From: Chitinophagales bacterium
GTDB taxonomy: Bacteria > Bacteroidota > Bacteroidia > Chitinophagales > UBA10324
DNA: 64,000 nt
Assembly: GCA_038326325.1 (NCBI GenBank)
Contig: JBBQJW010000016.1
Location: 4,264-68,263, forward strand
Direction: 5' to 3'
The position numbers and the translations under genes were made by a program. The notes below the pieces were generated by a model. It was not told the origin of the DNA. It did no database searches and saw nothing but the letters and a program-made list of their open reading frames with translations. Position 1 is the stretch's first letter. Every line of letters starts with the position of its first letter. Shown piece after piece: positions 28,608 to 39,999 of this stretch.

Positions 28608-29291
28608 ATGGAGTTAATTAAAATATTTGTCGCAGACGACCATCAACTTTTTATTGAAGGAATAAAGGCTTTGACCCGTGACAGCACTGAAGTGAAATTA
28701 ATTGGTGAAGCGGAAAACGGGGAAGACTTATTAGAGCAATTAAAAACAAACAAACCCGAAGTGATTTTGATGGACATTAATATGCCGAAACTCACAGGTA
28801 TTGAAGCCACAAAAAAAATCCGCCAGCTTTATCCCGATATAAAAATTCTCGCACTCACCATGTTTGATGATACATTATATGTGTCTGAAATGATTAAAGC
28901 CGGCGCATCGGGATATTTGTTAAAGAATGCAGGCAAAGCAGAATTAATTACAGCAATAATTACAGTTAATAAGGGCGAGAGATATGTAAGCAGTGAAGTG
29001 TCGCTCAAGATGATTGACAAAATGAATAACCCGGAACATTCATCAACAGATAGAATGCCTCCTGTTAGAAAAGCTGAAGTAACCAAGCGTGAATTAGAAA
29101 TATTAAAATTGGTAGCGCAGGAATTAACCAATGCTGAGATTGCAGTTAAGTTGAACAATTCTCCAATGACAATTATTACTCACCGAAAAAATTTATTGCG
29201 AAAATTGGGAGTAAAAAATACTGCCGGCTTAATCAAGTATGCAATGGAGCAAGGAATGTTGAATGATGATTATCACATTCCGGGAAAATAA
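28608..29291 (+). CDS. NarL/FixJ-family response regulator (receiver plus LuxR-type HTH).
   Basis: Receiver motifs are IFVADDH, VILMDINMP and LALTMF. The HTH reads LTKRELEILKLVAQELTNAEIAVKLNNSPMTIITHRKNLLRKLG. Confidence 0.9.
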   Translation: MELIKIFVADDHQLFIEGIKALTRDSTEVKLIGEAENGEDLLEQLKTNKPEVILMDINMPKLTGIEATKKIRQLYPDIKILALTMFDDTLYVSEMIKAGASGYLLKNAGKAELITAIITVNKGERYVSSEVSLKMIDKMNNPEHSSTDRMPPVRKAEVTKRELEILKLVAQELTNAEIAVKLNNSPMTIITHRKNLLRKLGVKNTAGLIKYAMEQGMLNDDYHIPGK

Positions 29292-29471
29292 ATTCATCAT
29301 TTTATAAATTTTTTTTATTCGTAACCCTCCAATATTCATTGGGAGAACCTGTATTCATAAAATTATTTTCAAATAAATTTTTAAATCGTGTAACCAAATT
29401 CAAATCACGATGTATTAGAGGTCAAACACGCAGTTAAAACACAACAAGCCACTAAACTTATTAAAGTTATA

Positions 29472-29541
29472 ACCGCCTTCTTCCACGCTTCCTTAGGGTT
29501 TGGTGTTTTACCTTAGAGAAGATTTTGAGGGCGGTTTTTTT
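29472..29541 (+). terminator. Candidate intrinsic terminator or small-RNA 3' end: a long imperfect hairpin followed by T9.
   Basis: ACCGCCTTC...(about 50 nt)...GAGGGCGGT forms 9 bp with one G-U pair, followed by TTTTTTTTT. It lies about 180 nt downstream of the response-regulator stop. Confidence 0.3.
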
Positions 29542-29698
29542 TTATCATATTCAGAATATTTGAATTCAGGCTTTTTCATTTCCCCTTTATTTAATTTTTC
29601 AGTCAGAAAATTCCAATCGATTTTATTTTAAAGAATATTTAGGTGTAAATTTTTTCACGCTCCATTCTTTGTTACATTTGCCGTCCTTTTAATACAAT

Positions 29699-29780
29699 GC
29701 GGGTATGGCGAAATTGGCAGACGCGCCAGACTTAGGATCTGGTGCCGCGAGGCATGTGGGTTCGACCCCCTCTACCCGCA
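29699..29780 (+). tRNA. tRNA-Leu (anticodon UAG), class II with a long variable arm. No CCA is encoded.
   Basis: The acceptor stem is GCGGGTA/TACCCGC. The anticodon arm is CCAGA-CTTAGGA-TCTGG. The variable arm is TGCCGCGAGGCA. The T-arm is GTGGG-TTCGACC-CCCTC with one mismatch. Confidence 0.9.
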
Positions 29781-29806
29781 CTTTTTTTATCTAAAATTCT
29801 TTCCAA

Positions 29807-31186
29807 GTGAACATTACAAAAGAAAACCTCAATGACCTGCATCTTCAGGTCAACATTAACATTGCGCCTGCTGACTACTTACCGAAGGTGGAAGAATCAA
29901 TTAAAACTTACAGCAGAAAATTAAATATGCCAGGCTTCCGTAAGGGGCATGTGCCATTAGGTATGGCAAAAAAAATGGTGGGTAACGAAATGCTCGCTGA
30001 AGAACTGAACAAGTTGATTTCTGAAACACTTGACAATTATATCAAGGAAGAAAAACTGCAGATACTTGGTCAGCCTTTGCCGGTTGAAGATTCTAAAAAA
30101 CAAAATATAGATATTCAAGCACCAAAAGCTTACGATTTTCGTTTTGAGTTGGGATTGGTTGGTGATTTTCAAATTCCTGATTTAAACGCTCACGAATTTT
30201 CGAAGTACGAAGTTGTTCCTGAAGAATCAAAAGTGCTGGAAGAAGTGGAGAAAATAAAAGTTCGTTATGGTACTACTGAAGAAACCGACACAATTGTAAA
30301 AGATTCTGTTCTCTCTATTGTTTTCAAAGAATTGAATTACGACGGAAGTGATAAAGCAAACGGAATTGATAAAACCCGTCGGATTTCAATTGAATCTTTT
30401 CGCAACGAAGAGATTAAAAATCAAATCATGAAATTGAAAAAAGGTGAATCGTTAGTGATTGACCTTTTTGCCGCATACAATAATGAAGAAGAATTAATCA
30501 TCCACAACATTCTTGACATATCGCACGATCAGTCGCATGGTATGAGTCATTCTTTCAAAATTACTATTGATGGAATTTTCGAAGTGAAGAAAACCGAACT
30601 CAACCAGGATTTATACAACCAATTGTTTGGCGAAGGCATTGTGAACAATGAAGTTGAATTGCATCAGAAAATAAAAGACGAATTAATTCGTACTTATAAA
30701 GACTTAGCGAACGAACGACTCGTTGCCGACATTTCAACTTACATGATTGAAAATACTTATATCAGTTTCCCTGAAAATTTCTTAAAGAAGTGGATTCTTT
30801 CTTACAACGAAAAACCTGTTACACCTGAACAAGTTGATAATGAGTTTGGACAATTTACCCGACAACTTAAATGGGATTTAATTACTGAACGAATTTCAAA
30901 AGAAAACGGTATAAGTATTAAAGCAGAAGAGTTGAAAGCATTTGCAATAGAAAGATTGAGAGATCACTATTTTGCTGGACAGGTAAACGAAATGGTTGAA
31001 GGTTATCTTTCACAAATGGCCGACAAAATGATGTCTGACGAAAAGTCCAGAAGAAACTACTTTAACATGTTGATGGAGGAAAAGTTATTTGATGAATTAA
31101 AGAAAAAGGCAAATATTCAACCGCGAGAAATTTCGTACGACGAATTCCTTCACACAGGGCCACAACAAAATCATCACAACCACTAA
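29807..31186 (+). CDS. tig: Trigger factor.
   Basis: It has a GTG start. The ribosome-binding signature is GFRKGHVP. Its position immediately upstream of clpP-clpX is typical. The size is 459 aa. Confidence 0.9.
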   Translation: MNITKENLNDLHLQVNINIAPADYLPKVEESIKTYSRKLNMPGFRKGHVPLGMAKKMVGNEMLAEELNKLISETLDNYIKEEKLQILGQPLPVEDSKKQNIDIQAPKAYDFRFELGLVGDFQIPDLNAHEFSKYEVVPEESKVLEEVEKIKVRYGTTEETDTIVKDSVLSIVFKELNYDGSDKANGIDKTRRISIESFRNEEIKNQIMKLKKGESLVIDLFAAYNNEEELIIHNILDISHDQSHGMSHSFKITIDGIFEVKKTELNQDLYNQLFGEGIVNNEVELHQKIKDELIRTYKDLANERLVADISTYMIENTYISFPENFLKKWILSYNEKPVTPEQVDNEFGQFTRQLKWDLITERISKENGISIKAEELKAFAIERLRDHYFAGQVNEMVEGYLSQMADKMMSDEKSRRNYFNMLMEEKLFDELKKKANIQPREISYDEFLHTGPQQNHHNH

Positions 31187-31204
31187 AAAAATTAAAAACA
31201 TAAA

Positions 31205-31891
31205 ATGGATTACGGAAAAGAATTCAGAAACTATGCGATAAAGCACAAAGGTATCGGCGCAGTAACAGTTGAGTCTGTTATGAAGCACCAGATAACTAAC
31301 CTTACTCCTTATATTATTGAAGAGCGCCCCATGAATGTTGCCAGCATGGATGTATTTTCAAGGTTGATGATGGACCGGATTATTTTTCTTGGCGAAGGAG
31401 TAAATGATTATGTTGCTAATGTGATTCAGGCGCAATTATTATTTCTTGAATCAACAGATGCCAAGCGCGATATACAGATTTACATTAACAGTCCTGGCGG
31501 TTCGGTGTATGCCGGTTTAGGAATTTACGACACTATGCAATACATACAGCCCGATGTTGCTACTATATGTACTGGGATTGCAGCTTCAATGGCTGCTGTG
31601 CTTTTGTGCGCCGGTCATGCGGGAAAGCGAACTGCATTGCCTCACTCGCGGGTGATGATTCATCAGCCAATGGGCGGCGCTGAAGGTCAGGCAAGTGATA
31701 TTGAAATAACAGCGCGTGAAATAATGAAGTTGAAAAAGGAACTTTACGAAATCATAGCTTTACACTCTAACCAGGCATTCAAAAAAGTAGAAAAAGATAG
31801 TGACCGTGATTACTGGATGCTGGCTCAAGAAGCTAAAGAATACGGAATGATTGACGAAGTTCTGATCAAGAAAATTCCAAACGCAGGATGA
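31205..31891 (+). CDS. clpP: ATP-dependent Clp protease proteolytic subunit.
   Basis: [33 protein letters not shown] and RVMIHQP carry the Ser-His-Asp triad context. Confidence 0.95.
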   Translation: MDYGKEFRNYAIKHKGIGAVTVESVMKHQITNLTPYIIEERPMNVASMDVFSRLMMDRIIFLGEGVNDYVANVIQAQLLFLESTDAKRDIQIYINSPGGSVYAGLGIYDTMQYIQPDVATICTGIAASMAAVLLCAGHAGKRTALPHSRVMIHQPMGGAEGQASDIEITAREIMKLKKELYEIIALHSNQAFKKVEKDSDRDYWMLAQEAKEYGMIDEVLIKKIPNAG

Positions 31892-33120
31892 AAAAATCCA
31901 CCCAACACTGCTCCTTCTGCGGAAGGGGAAAAGAAGAAACCTTAGTGCTCATATCGGGCATTGACGCGTTCATCTGCGACACTTGTGTTACACAGGCGAA
32001 ACAGATTATTGAAGAGGAAAATTTTTCGAAAAAGAAAAAATTTATTTCTGCACCTCCTAAATTTTCGGTGCCATATGAAATAAAAGCTTTCTTAGATGAA
32101 TATGTTATCGGGCAGGACGAAGCAAAAAAAGTTTTATCAGTTGCTGTTTACAATCACTATAAGCGATTGAATCAAACCACCAAGGATGATGTGGAGATTG
32201 AAAAATCGAACATCATTATGGCAGGTGAAACCGGAACAGGGAAAACATTGCTCGCAAAAACTATTGCGCGTTTTTTGAATGTGCCGTTCGCAATTGTTGA
32301 CGCAACTGTATTTACTGAAGCAGGATATGTTGGCGAAGATGTTGAAAGTATTCTCACACGACTGTTACAGGCGTGTGATTATGATATTGCTGCTGCTGAA
32401 AAAGGAATTATTTACATTGACGAAATAGATAAGATTGCTCGAAAGAACGACAATCCATCTATCACTCGTGATGTAAGTGGCGAAGGAGTTCAGCAAGGTT
32501 TGTTAAAACTGTTGGAAGGAACTGAAGTGTTGGTTCCACCACAAGGAGGTCGCAAGCATCCTGAGCAAAAAATGGTGAACATCAATACACAAAATATTTT
32601 GTTCATCTGCGGAGGTGCGTTCGAAGGATTGGATAGAATTATTGCCCGACGCATGCAGACTTCAGTGATTGGTTTTAAAGCATCGCAAAGTCATGAGCGT
32701 GTTGACAAGCAAAATATGTTACAGTATGTAAACCCACAGGATATAAAACACTTTGGATTAATTCCTGAATTGATTGGTCGTTTGCCTATTGTAACTTTTT
32801 TGGATTCGCTTGACCGTACTTCTTTAAAAAGAATTTTAACTGAACCTAAGAATGCGTTGGTGAAACAATATTACAGATTGTTCGAAATGGAAAATGTTGA
32901 ACTTTCGTTTGAGGATAATGCACTCGAATATATCATTGATAAAGCAGTGGAATATAAATTAGGTGCGCGTGGTTTGCGTTCCATTTGCGAAGCCATCATG
33001 ACCGACATTATGTTCGATATTCCTTCACAGAAAAACATTAAAACATTTGTGGTATCTCGCGATTTAGCCGAAGACAAACTCAGCAAATCAAAATACAAGC
33101 ACCAGTTGAAGGTGGCTTAG
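31888..33120 (+). CDS. clpX: ATP-dependent Clp protease ATP-binding subunit ClpX.
   Basis: The zinc finger is CSFCGR...CDTC. Walker A is GETGTGKT and Walker B is IIYIDEIDK. It overlaps clpP by 4 nt and ends with TAG at 33118..33120. Confidence 0.95.
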   Translation: MKKSTQHCSFCGRGKEETLVLISGIDAFICDTCVTQAKQIIEEENFSKKKKFISAPPKFSVPYEIKAFLDEYVIGQDEAKKVLSVAVYNHYKRLNQTTKDDVEIEKSNIIMAGETGTGKTLLAKTIARFLNVPFAIVDATVFTEAGYVGEDVESILTRLLQACDYDIAAAEKGIIYIDEIDKIARKNDNPSITRDVSGEGVQQGLLKLLEGTEVLVPPQGGRKHPEQKMVNINTQNILFICGGAFEGLDRIIARRMQTSVIGFKASQSHERVDKQNMLQYVNPQDIKHFGLIPELIGRLPIVTFLDSLDRTSLKRILTEPKNALVKQYYRLFEMENVELSFEDNALEYIIDKAVEYKLGARGLRSICEAIMTDIMFDIPSQKNIKTFVVSRDLAEDKLSKSKYKHQLKVA

Positions 33121-33143
33121 ATTAGTTTAAAGACTTTGAACTG

Positions 33144-33181
33144 AAAAAATCCCGTCGTGCTTTTGCAGGCGGGATTTTTTT
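33144..33181. terminator. Bidirectional rho-independent terminator shared by clpX and the convergent thioesterase gene.
   Basis: The sequence is AAAAAATCCCGTCGTGCTTTTGCAGGCGGGATTTTTTT. The 8-bp stem ATCCCGTC/GGCGGGAT has one mismatch and is flanked by an A-run and a T-run. Confidence 0.75.
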
Positions 33182-33220
33182 AGGTTATTTTTTCTTCCGT
33201 CCACCTTCTTCGGTCTACAA

Positions 33221-33646
33221 TTATTTCTTCTTATCAAGTATTGCATTTGTTAATCTGCAAATGCAAGTAAGTTTTTCTTCGTCGTCATAAATTTTTATCT
33301 CCCACACTTGCGTGGAGCGACCGAGATGAATTGGAACTGTTACACCATGAACAAATCCGCTTTTAACAGCTCGAATATGATTGGCATTTATTTCCAAACC
33401 AACACAAATTCTTACATCTGTATCAATGCATAGAACAGAAGCAATGCTTCCTAAGGATTCTGCTAACACCACATTTGCGCCACCGTGTAACAGTCCATGC
33501 GGTTGCTTTGTGCGTTCGTTCACAGGCATTCGAGCTTTGATATAATCGTCACCGATTTCGGTGAATTCTATTCCCACAAAATCCTGCATCGTGTTTTTAT
33601 GCAACTCGTTCAGTGTTTTTAAATCAATTGGTTTGTGCCAGATCAT
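33221..33646 (-). CDS. PaaI/YdiI-type hotdog-fold thioesterase.
   Basis: LLHGGANVVLAESLGS and the layout match 1,4-dihydroxy-2-naphthoyl-CoA hydrolase-like proteins. The size is 141 aa. Confidence 0.85.
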   Translation of the reverse strand: MIWHKPIDLKTLNELHKNTMQDFVGIEFTEIGDDYIKARMPVNERTKQPHGLLHGGANVVLAESLGSIASVLCIDTDVRICVGLEINANHIRAVKSGFVHGVTVPIHLGRSTQVWEIKIYDDEEKLTCICRLTNAILDKKK

Positions 33647-33686
33647 TTTAATTCTTCGTTTAAAGTCCAGGGTTCAAAGAAAAGAT

Positions 33687-34118
33687 TTATAAAATAAACC
33701 TCTCCTCAACTTCAGGTGATGGGATAATGCAACTGTCTTCTTTACCAAACCACTTGTATCTGTTTCGCGCAACTATGTTATAGATTCCATTACGAATGAA
33801 TTTCGGAAGGAGATAAAATGGAGCAAGTAGTTTCCATCTTCCGCCCAGTAGCATTAAAATTTTTAAAGCAGCTTCAGAGCGATGTAAAATTTTATTGTCA
33901 GCAAAAAGAATAAAAGTGTCGCCCGCATTTGCAGCTTCCTGATTTTCGCTCAGTAGTTTTTGAGAATAGGAACTTTGAAGAGGAGTGAAGCGAAATACTT
34001 TTTTCTTATCGTTGCGGATAATAAAATTCACTCCACTGTTACACAAGTGACAAACTCCATCGTAAATAATAATTGCTGATTTGATAATTTGATAATTTGA
34101 TGATGAAATACATTTCAC
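33687..34118 (-). CDS. DCC-family thiol-disulfide oxidoreductase (DUF393).
   Basis: IIYDGVCHLCNSGVNFIIRND contains the DCC CxxC motif. Confidence 0.8.
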   Translation of the reverse strand: MKCISSSNYQIIKSAIIIYDGVCHLCNSGVNFIIRNDKKKVFRFTPLQSSYSQKLLSENQEAANAGDTFILFADNKILHRSEAALKILMLLGGRWKLLAPFYLLPKFIRNGIYNIVARNRYKWFGKEDSCIIPSPEVEERFIL

Positions 34119-34186
34119 GCAAAGTTCGCAAAGAAGCAGAGGCGCAAAGAATACTAATCTGTAATCTTAAATCTTAATTCAAAAAT

Positions 34187-34492
34187 CTAAAATCCATATT
34201 TTGCTTTCCATGCTTCAATTCCTCCAACAAGATTTCTAACATTGATGAAACCATGCTGCTTTAAAAATGCCTGTGCACTTGCGCTTCGCTTTCCTGATTT
34301 GCAGTGAACAATAATCTCATCGTTTTTGTGTGATGCAAGTTCTTCAATTGCTCCTGGTAAAGTCGCAAGCGGAATTAATTTCCCTCCGATATTAAATTCA
34401 TCGAACTCCCATTCTTCACGCACATCGAGAACAATCAGATTTTCATTTTTATCCTTTCGTTCTTGTAATTCATCAACAGTTATATCAGTCAT
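34187..34492 (-). CDS. Rhodanese-like domain protein.
   Basis: The active-site loop is HCKSGKRSASA. The ATG at 34492 is preferred over the TTG at 34495. Confidence 0.85.
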   Translation of the reverse strand: MTDITVDELQERKDKNENLIVLDVREEWEFDEFNIGGKLIPLATLPGAIEELASHKNDEIIVHCKSGKRSASAQAFLKQHGFINVRNLVGGIEAWKAKYGF

Positions 34493-34495
34493 CAA

Positions 34496-36328
34496 TTAAA
34501 ATTTTATAAAACGAGTAGTGAATGATTGTTTGCTTGCTTTGTCTTTTACGATGAGTAAATACATTCCCTGAGAAAGATTTCCAACATAAATACTTGAGTT
34601 AATTCCTTCGGCAGTCTGAACAATTCTCCCGCTTAAATCAGTAAAAATTAATTCCGCATTTCTCACACCTGTTACATCAACATGCAAAACATCATTCGTT
34701 GGATTCGGATAAAGACTAACAGAAATATTTTTATCAATAATTTCAGTAGAAGCAATAACCGGAAGTTTTGCCCCGACAACCGGACGAATCATTAACGAAC
34801 CAGGATAAGAAGATTGATTCCATGTGCCTGTAACATTGTAATATAAATTCTGATGCGAATCGGTGTTGCGGTCTAATCCCACATTATAGTAGTTCGGATA
34901 CGACTGTAACATCCCCACATAAAATGTATCGCTGATTGCCTTGGGAGTGTCAAGCACATAAGTAGCAAAACCATTTATACTGTCAATATATGTTGGATGT
35001 AAAAAATCCTGTTCATAAAGCAGCTGAGTTGGTGCAAGAGATTTCCAGACCATTACAGAAAAGAATTTATCGCTGATGTCTGCGTCAATGTGCGCGAAAT
35101 GAAATTGAACTGCTCGTAGAGTATCAGGAACATTTAATTTGTACTTCACAGCAATTCTTCCTCCGGCAATATTTAAACCGTAAGCTTTCTCTGCGCTGCC
35201 GTCGTCATGCGAATAATAATTGTAGAAAGGTTGAACACGATAGGCGGAATCATTACTTCGATTTATGTCAGGAGTCGCAGTTGCTTTACACTTAATAATC
35301 AGCAAAGCGCTGTCAAATAATGGAATGGCAAATGTCGGTTCGTCTTGGGTTAAAACTGAAGTTGCAGAAAAATTGATTGAGTTAGTAGCACTAACAAAAA
35401 TACTTGTTGCACTAAACTGCTCATCAGCAAAATATTGATTTGAAGTATTAATCGTTGTGTTATTGTTATTCCGGATTACAAATGGAAAAGTTGTTTTCAA
35501 TTCAGCCGACTGATTATTTTTAAACTGAGTCCATGGCATGTACTCATAATTCTTAAGAATTGTCCCCGGAGTATAAACTGCCGCAACATCCTGTAACAGT
35601 GTATCAGTATAACTTCTCCCTGAATTTAACCGCACATAATCAACATGCCAGTGGTCGTTGTTGCCGGAAGTGGTTGCATAATTTCTAAAACGGAATTGAA
35701 AGTTGTTGAAGAAATAACTGTTGTCAGTTATGTGAATCATTACCTGAGTAAATTTTATAACTGTTGGGATTGATGCATCGCCATCCATTTCCCAAACCTG
35801 ATTCCAGATGCCAAGATTATTTTTTAATTCCAGAATTAAAAAATCTCCGACATTCGGATAATCGCAAATCCCCATTTTTTCATAGAAGAAACTCAAATAA
35901 ACTGTTGTGTCAGCTGCGGAAATTGTTTCCATGTGAATCGGATGAGAAGTTAAACTATCAGCAGGATTTATCTGAACAGCACCCGATGTATCATAAGGAA
36001 TTCCAAATTCATTCAATCCATCAAAAGTCGCAACACCAATTGACGGGGGAAAAACAGGACAAGTAGTATTCACATAAACATCTCTGTCCATCCACAAATT
36101 CTGATCAGGATATTTATGGTCGGGCGCTAACTGACTGTAAGAAAAATCATCCATGAACGGAAGATTCAAAGTATCACCAATCGCACGCGACTGTGAATGA
36201 TGTTTTTCAAAAATCAAATCACTATTATATTTTAAATCAGTTATTACTTCCTGCGATTTTGCAATTGAAATTGTTAATGCAAAAAGTGAAAGAAGACCAA
36301 TAAATTTTTTTGAAAGTAATGTTCGCAT
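34496..36328 (-). CDS. T9SS-secreted protein of unknown function.
   Basis: The Met at 36328 precedes the signal peptide MRTLLSKKFIGLLSLFALTISIAKSQ. The CTD reads ISVSLYPNPTNDVLHVDV...GMYLLIVKDKASKQSFTTRFIKF. The stop abuts the rhodanese start. Confidence 0.75.
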   Translation of the reverse strand: MRTLLSKKFIGLLSLFALTISIAKSQEVITDLKYNSDLIFEKHHSQSRAIGDTLNLPFMDDFSYSQLAPDHKYPDQNLWMDRDVYVNTTCPVFPPSIGVATFDGLNEFGIPYDTSGAVQINPADSLTSHPIHMETISAADTTVYLSFFYEKMGICDYPNVGDFLILELKNNLGIWNQVWEMDGDASIPTVIKFTQVMIHITDNSYFFNNFQFRFRNYATTSGNNDHWHVDYVRLNSGRSYTDTLLQDVAAVYTPGTILKNYEYMPWTQFKNNQSAELKTTFPFVIRNNNNTTINTSNQYFADEQFSATSIFVSATNSINFSATSVLTQDEPTFAIPLFDSALLIIKCKATATPDINRSNDSAYRVQPFYNYYSHDDGSAEKAYGLNIAGGRIAVKYKLNVPDTLRAVQFHFAHIDADISDKFFSVMVWKSLAPTQLLYEQDFLHPTYIDSINGFATYVLDTPKAISDTFYVGMLQSYPNYYNVGLDRNTDSHQNLYYNVTGTWNQSSYPGSLMIRPVVGAKLPVIASTEIIDKNISVSLYPNPTNDVLHVDVTGVRNAELIFTDLSGRIVQTAEGINSSIYVGNLSQGMYLLIVKDKASKQSFTTRFIKF

Positions 36329-36421
36329 TTGTATCAGGTATGAATCTTCAATGAAACTCAAAAGTCTTTAAAAAATTGTGCTTACAAGAAAAGAAATATC
36401 AACGATTCGGTAAGTGATGAA

Positions 36422-37219
36422 CTATTGCTGTTCAGCATCAGACGATTCGGTTTTCATCTGATCCATCGTGATATATACATCCACCGCCTCACCGAGATTT
36501 AATTTATTATCAGCATCCAATGTCGAAGGAGTTTGTTTGTAAACAAAAGCATTCAACGAATCACCATGCACAGTATTATCAGCTATCACCGCACCGAGAT
36601 TGAGTGACGAAGCATCGAGAATAAATTTCACTTCGCGCAAAGTGTGACCAATTAGATCAGGAACTTCCACTTCAGTGTTTCCTAATCCGTCACCTAAAAT
36701 CAAATCAATGGTCGAACCTTTTTTTATGTTATCGCCAATGGCAACATGTCGTCCGTGATTCATCCAATCGAGCACAACATTTTGTGCGAGATCGGGTTTA
36801 TAAATCAATGAACCAACACGCAAGCCAACATTTTCTAAAACCATTTGCGCCTGCTTCAACGAATTATCAGTAAGGTCAGGCATTTTTACTTGCGGCGGAA
36901 TTACAGCATTGAGCGTGAGATAAATTGTTCTTCCTTCCTTCACTTTCGAATTCGCAGTGGGGTTTTGTTCGAGCACTGCGAGTTTCGGTTTCTTATCGCT
37001 GAACGAAGAATCAGCAACTGCAAATTCTAAATCGCGATCGCTTAAAATTTCTTTTGCTTTTTCTAAAGTGAGACCATTGAGGTCGGGCACTGTTATCGTT
37101 TCACCGTGACGGGTGTAACTGTTCAGCGCTGAAGTGCCGAGCCAGAACACAATGATGAAAAGCGCAATAGCGCCGAGTATGTTGTAAAGAAATATTTTAC
37201 TTTTAAGAAATTGCCACAT
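36422..37219 (-). CDS. Membrane-anchored protein with three PASTA domains and no kinase or PBP domain.
   Basis: An N-terminal TM segment is followed by three PASTA-like units (ITVPDLNGLTLEKAKEIL, VKMPDLTDNSLKQAQMVL, VEVPDLIGHTLREVKFIL). Confidence 0.85.
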   Translation of the reverse strand: MWQFLKSKIFLYNILGAIALFIIVFWLGTSALNSYTRHGETITVPDLNGLTLEKAKEILSDRDLEFAVADSSFSDKKPKLAVLEQNPTANSKVKEGRTIYLTLNAVIPPQVKMPDLTDNSLKQAQMVLENVGLRVGSLIYKPDLAQNVVLDWMNHGRHVAIGDNIKKGSTIDLILGDGLGNTEVEVPDLIGHTLREVKFILDASSLNLGAVIADNTVHGDSLNAFVYKQTPSTLDADNKLNLGEAVDVYITMDQMKTESSDAEQQ

Positions 37220-37574
37220 GTTATGCAGTAATAGTAGTGTGTTGATTGCGGCGGCTAAATTCTAAAATTTTATTTAATAAAATAATTCTGGTTATGCCTG
37301 ATGATGTTTGTGGTTGTATAAAAAATTAGCAGCATTTTTCAACCGATGAATTTTCAAAAGATTCAATTTTGCGTGAGGGGAATTTTTCGAGAAAAAATTT
37401 GTGAAAATATTTTTCACGATAAAAAAATAGACGAAACACGAACTTGCAAACATCAATAATTAATCATTGGAAACTTTTCATATTCGATTTCATTAAGGCG
37501 AGGCATTAAATTTTTATTTTCATTAAAAAAAATTGCAACAGATAAAAATGATTTTAATCAACAACGGAACATTT

Positions 37575-37602
37575 TTGATAAAAAAATTGCTTAGTACTTT
37601 TG
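37575..37602 (+). promoter_or_regulatory. Candidate Bacteroidota-type promoter for katG (-33 TTG, 17-nt spacer, -7 TACTTTTG).
   Basis: TTG lies at 37575..37577 and TAnnTTTG at 37595..37602, about 34 nt upstream of the katG ATG. This is a pattern match only. Confidence 0.3.
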
Positions 37603-37623
37603 TAAATAATTTTTTAAAATTAA

Positions 37624-39843
<2,220 letters not shown>

Positions 39844-39888
39844 TTTAAAAATTATTTATTGTTCTGAAAAGAATATTTGATGCTGATT

Positions 39889-39923
39889 AATTGCAGTTGC
39901 TCTTAAGCAACTGCAATTTTTTT
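39889..39923 (+). terminator. Rho-independent terminator of katG.
   Basis: ATTGCAGTTGC-TCTTAA-GCAACTGCAAT is a perfect 11-bp stem followed by TTTTTTT. Confidence 0.85.
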
Positions 39924-39999
39924 ATTGTTCGGTGAACAACATCATTTTGCATTAAAATGAAATGATGTTAAAGTGTAACAGTCAGGTAGTTAATTATTT

